Of a DNA stretch of 64,000 nucleotides, positions 62,687 to 64,000 are shown piece after piece (positions within the stretch are counted from its first letter, which is position 1; each line of letters opens with the position of its first letter). Where the stretch lies: the NCBI GenBank assembly GCA_023415655.1, contig JAEZKD010000195.1:892-64891 (forward strand), written 5' to 3'. The notes beneath the pieces were generated by a model. That model was not told the origin of the DNA and did no database searches. It worked only from the letters and a program-made list of their open reading frames with translations. Origin of the DNA: Bacillota bacterium. Lineage in GTDB: Bacteria; Bacillota; Clostridia; Lachnospirales; Lachnospiraceae. A program made the translations under genes and the position numbers.

Positions 62687-63850
62687 TTACTCCTCCTGAC
62701 TGCTTACCCCAATGATATCAGCAATGATTGATTCTTCCTCTGGTGACATGGTGCTTTGTAACATCTCCTGATAGAATTCTTGAAAGGAAAGATAAGGATC
62801 TAATACCGTAGCTTCTCCACTTACCTCTTGGATTCTCGCCTGTGTACGTTTGTTATCTACCATCAGCTCCAGAATACAATCGTATCGTTCTTCTAACTGA
62901 TCCTTTGGTTTATAAGGATCAATCTCATCGGTAATCGTCACACTAATAAAATCATGACGGTTTTCTTCGGTGGCACGCTCTAGTATTTCTTTTAAGAGAC
63001 CTCGTTCCTTTCTCACATCTTGCAATGCAGATAACGCGATCGTCTCAATGATTGGATCACTTTCCTTATGTCCTAAGGTTACCACAGTAATTGACTTTTC
63101 GTGGCCTTCTTCACTTACCGAATATTTTAATGGAGTTCCACAATAACGAATCGTTGGTTTTAACATCGATTGTGCTTTGTGAATGTGACCAAGTGCCACA
63201 TAATCAAAATCTGCAACGACTGCAGCATCCACACTATCAAGTCCGCCAACAGAGATAATGTACTGTTCCGAATCAGACTTTTCCGGTGCTTGTCCACCGT
63301 TGACATAAAATTGATGAGAAAGAAGTACATTCCTCCTACCATAATCGATATTTTCACGAGCAATTACTTCTCTGACTGCACTTTCGTAACTCGTTACGAC
63401 TCCTTCCTCGAATAAATGGCGCACATACCCAGGTTTTAAGAACGGTAACAGATAAAAATCAACTTCACCATGCTCATCCGCCAAAGTGATTTTCTGTAAA
63501 AATTCATCCTCCTTCATTGGAGGCAATACCGAAATATAAATTTGATGATTCTTTAAAAAAGAACTGGCATAATTTAACCGCTCCGCTGAATCGTGATTCC
63601 CAGCAATGATAAAGACAGGAATCTGTGGAGAAAGCCCAGCCAACTGGTTCAAAAAATTATCAAACGTTACGTATGCTTCTGCGGATGGGACCGATTTATC
63701 AAAGATATCCCCTGCAATTAAGATTGCATCGGGACAAATCTTTTTTGCCTGTTCCACAATCTGTGCCAGTACATATTCTTGATTTTCCTTCAAACTATAA
63801 GAATGCAACTGCTTTCCTATGTGTAAATCTGATATATGAAATAATTTCAT
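62687..63850 (-). CDS. sbcD: SbcD (Mre11-like) nuclease
   Basis: SDLHIG, AGD, GNHD, ALGHIH. Confidence 0.96.
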   Translation of the reverse strand: MKLFHISDLHIGKQLHSYSLKENQEYVLAQIVEQAKKICPDAILIAGDIFDKSVPSAEAYVTFDNFLNQLAGLSPQIPVFIIAGNHDSAERLNYASSFLKNHQIYISVLPPMKEDEFLQKITLADEHGEVDFYLLPFLKPGYVRHLFEEGVVTSYESAVREVIARENIDYGRRNVLLSHQFYVNGGQAPEKSDSEQYIISVGGLDSVDAAVVADFDYVALGHIHKAQSMLKPTIRYCGTPLKYSVSEEGHEKSITVVTLGHKESDPIIETIALSALQDVRKERGLLKEILERATEENRHDFISVTITDEIDPYKPKDQLEERYDCILELMVDNKRTQARIQEVSGEATVLDPYLSFQEFYQEMLQSTMSPEEESIIADIIGVSSQEE

Positions 63851-64000
63851 GGAAAACTCCTTTCTTAAAATATTACGTTACATAACAACTGTTAATAACT
63901 TCATCCATCACAGTGGTACCGATCTTTCATTTCAATTAACTTATTGAATTTCATATTATGATTAACTGATATGAGTTTTTTTTTGATCAACTGATATGAG

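Overview
Low-GC Firmicute (Lachnospiraceae/Clostridia-like) chromosomal window with almost every gene on the minus strand. Left to right: a RidA-like remnant, tsf-rpsB, a complete ~35 kb flgB-to-fliA flagellar/chemotaxis operon, codY and topA. A ~12.5 kb AT-rich accessory tract follows (43.0-55.5 kb), then intact dprA-comM, a VOC gene and sbcC-sbcD. The most striking feature is the tract between topA and dprA. At least three co-oriented scars of the neighbouring competence genes comM/dprA (54266-54489, 50501-50767, 44998-45180, possibly 47991-48020) separate blocks of unrelated cargo genes. Where codons could be compared, the scars differ from the intact genes mostly at synonymous sites, and the most distant scar is the most decayed. 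This suggests a serial, polarised gene-capture array built by repeated replacement of the comM-dprA 3' region. Cargo includes a split secreted Cys/His-repeat protein, a GH95 fucosidase, lipoproteins, an MFS pseudogene and an IS30 remnant. Two multi-hairpin intergenic elements (688-841, 58771-59058) and an internal sigma-28 promoter were also found. All identities are hand alignments and all family assignments are by recognition, not database search.
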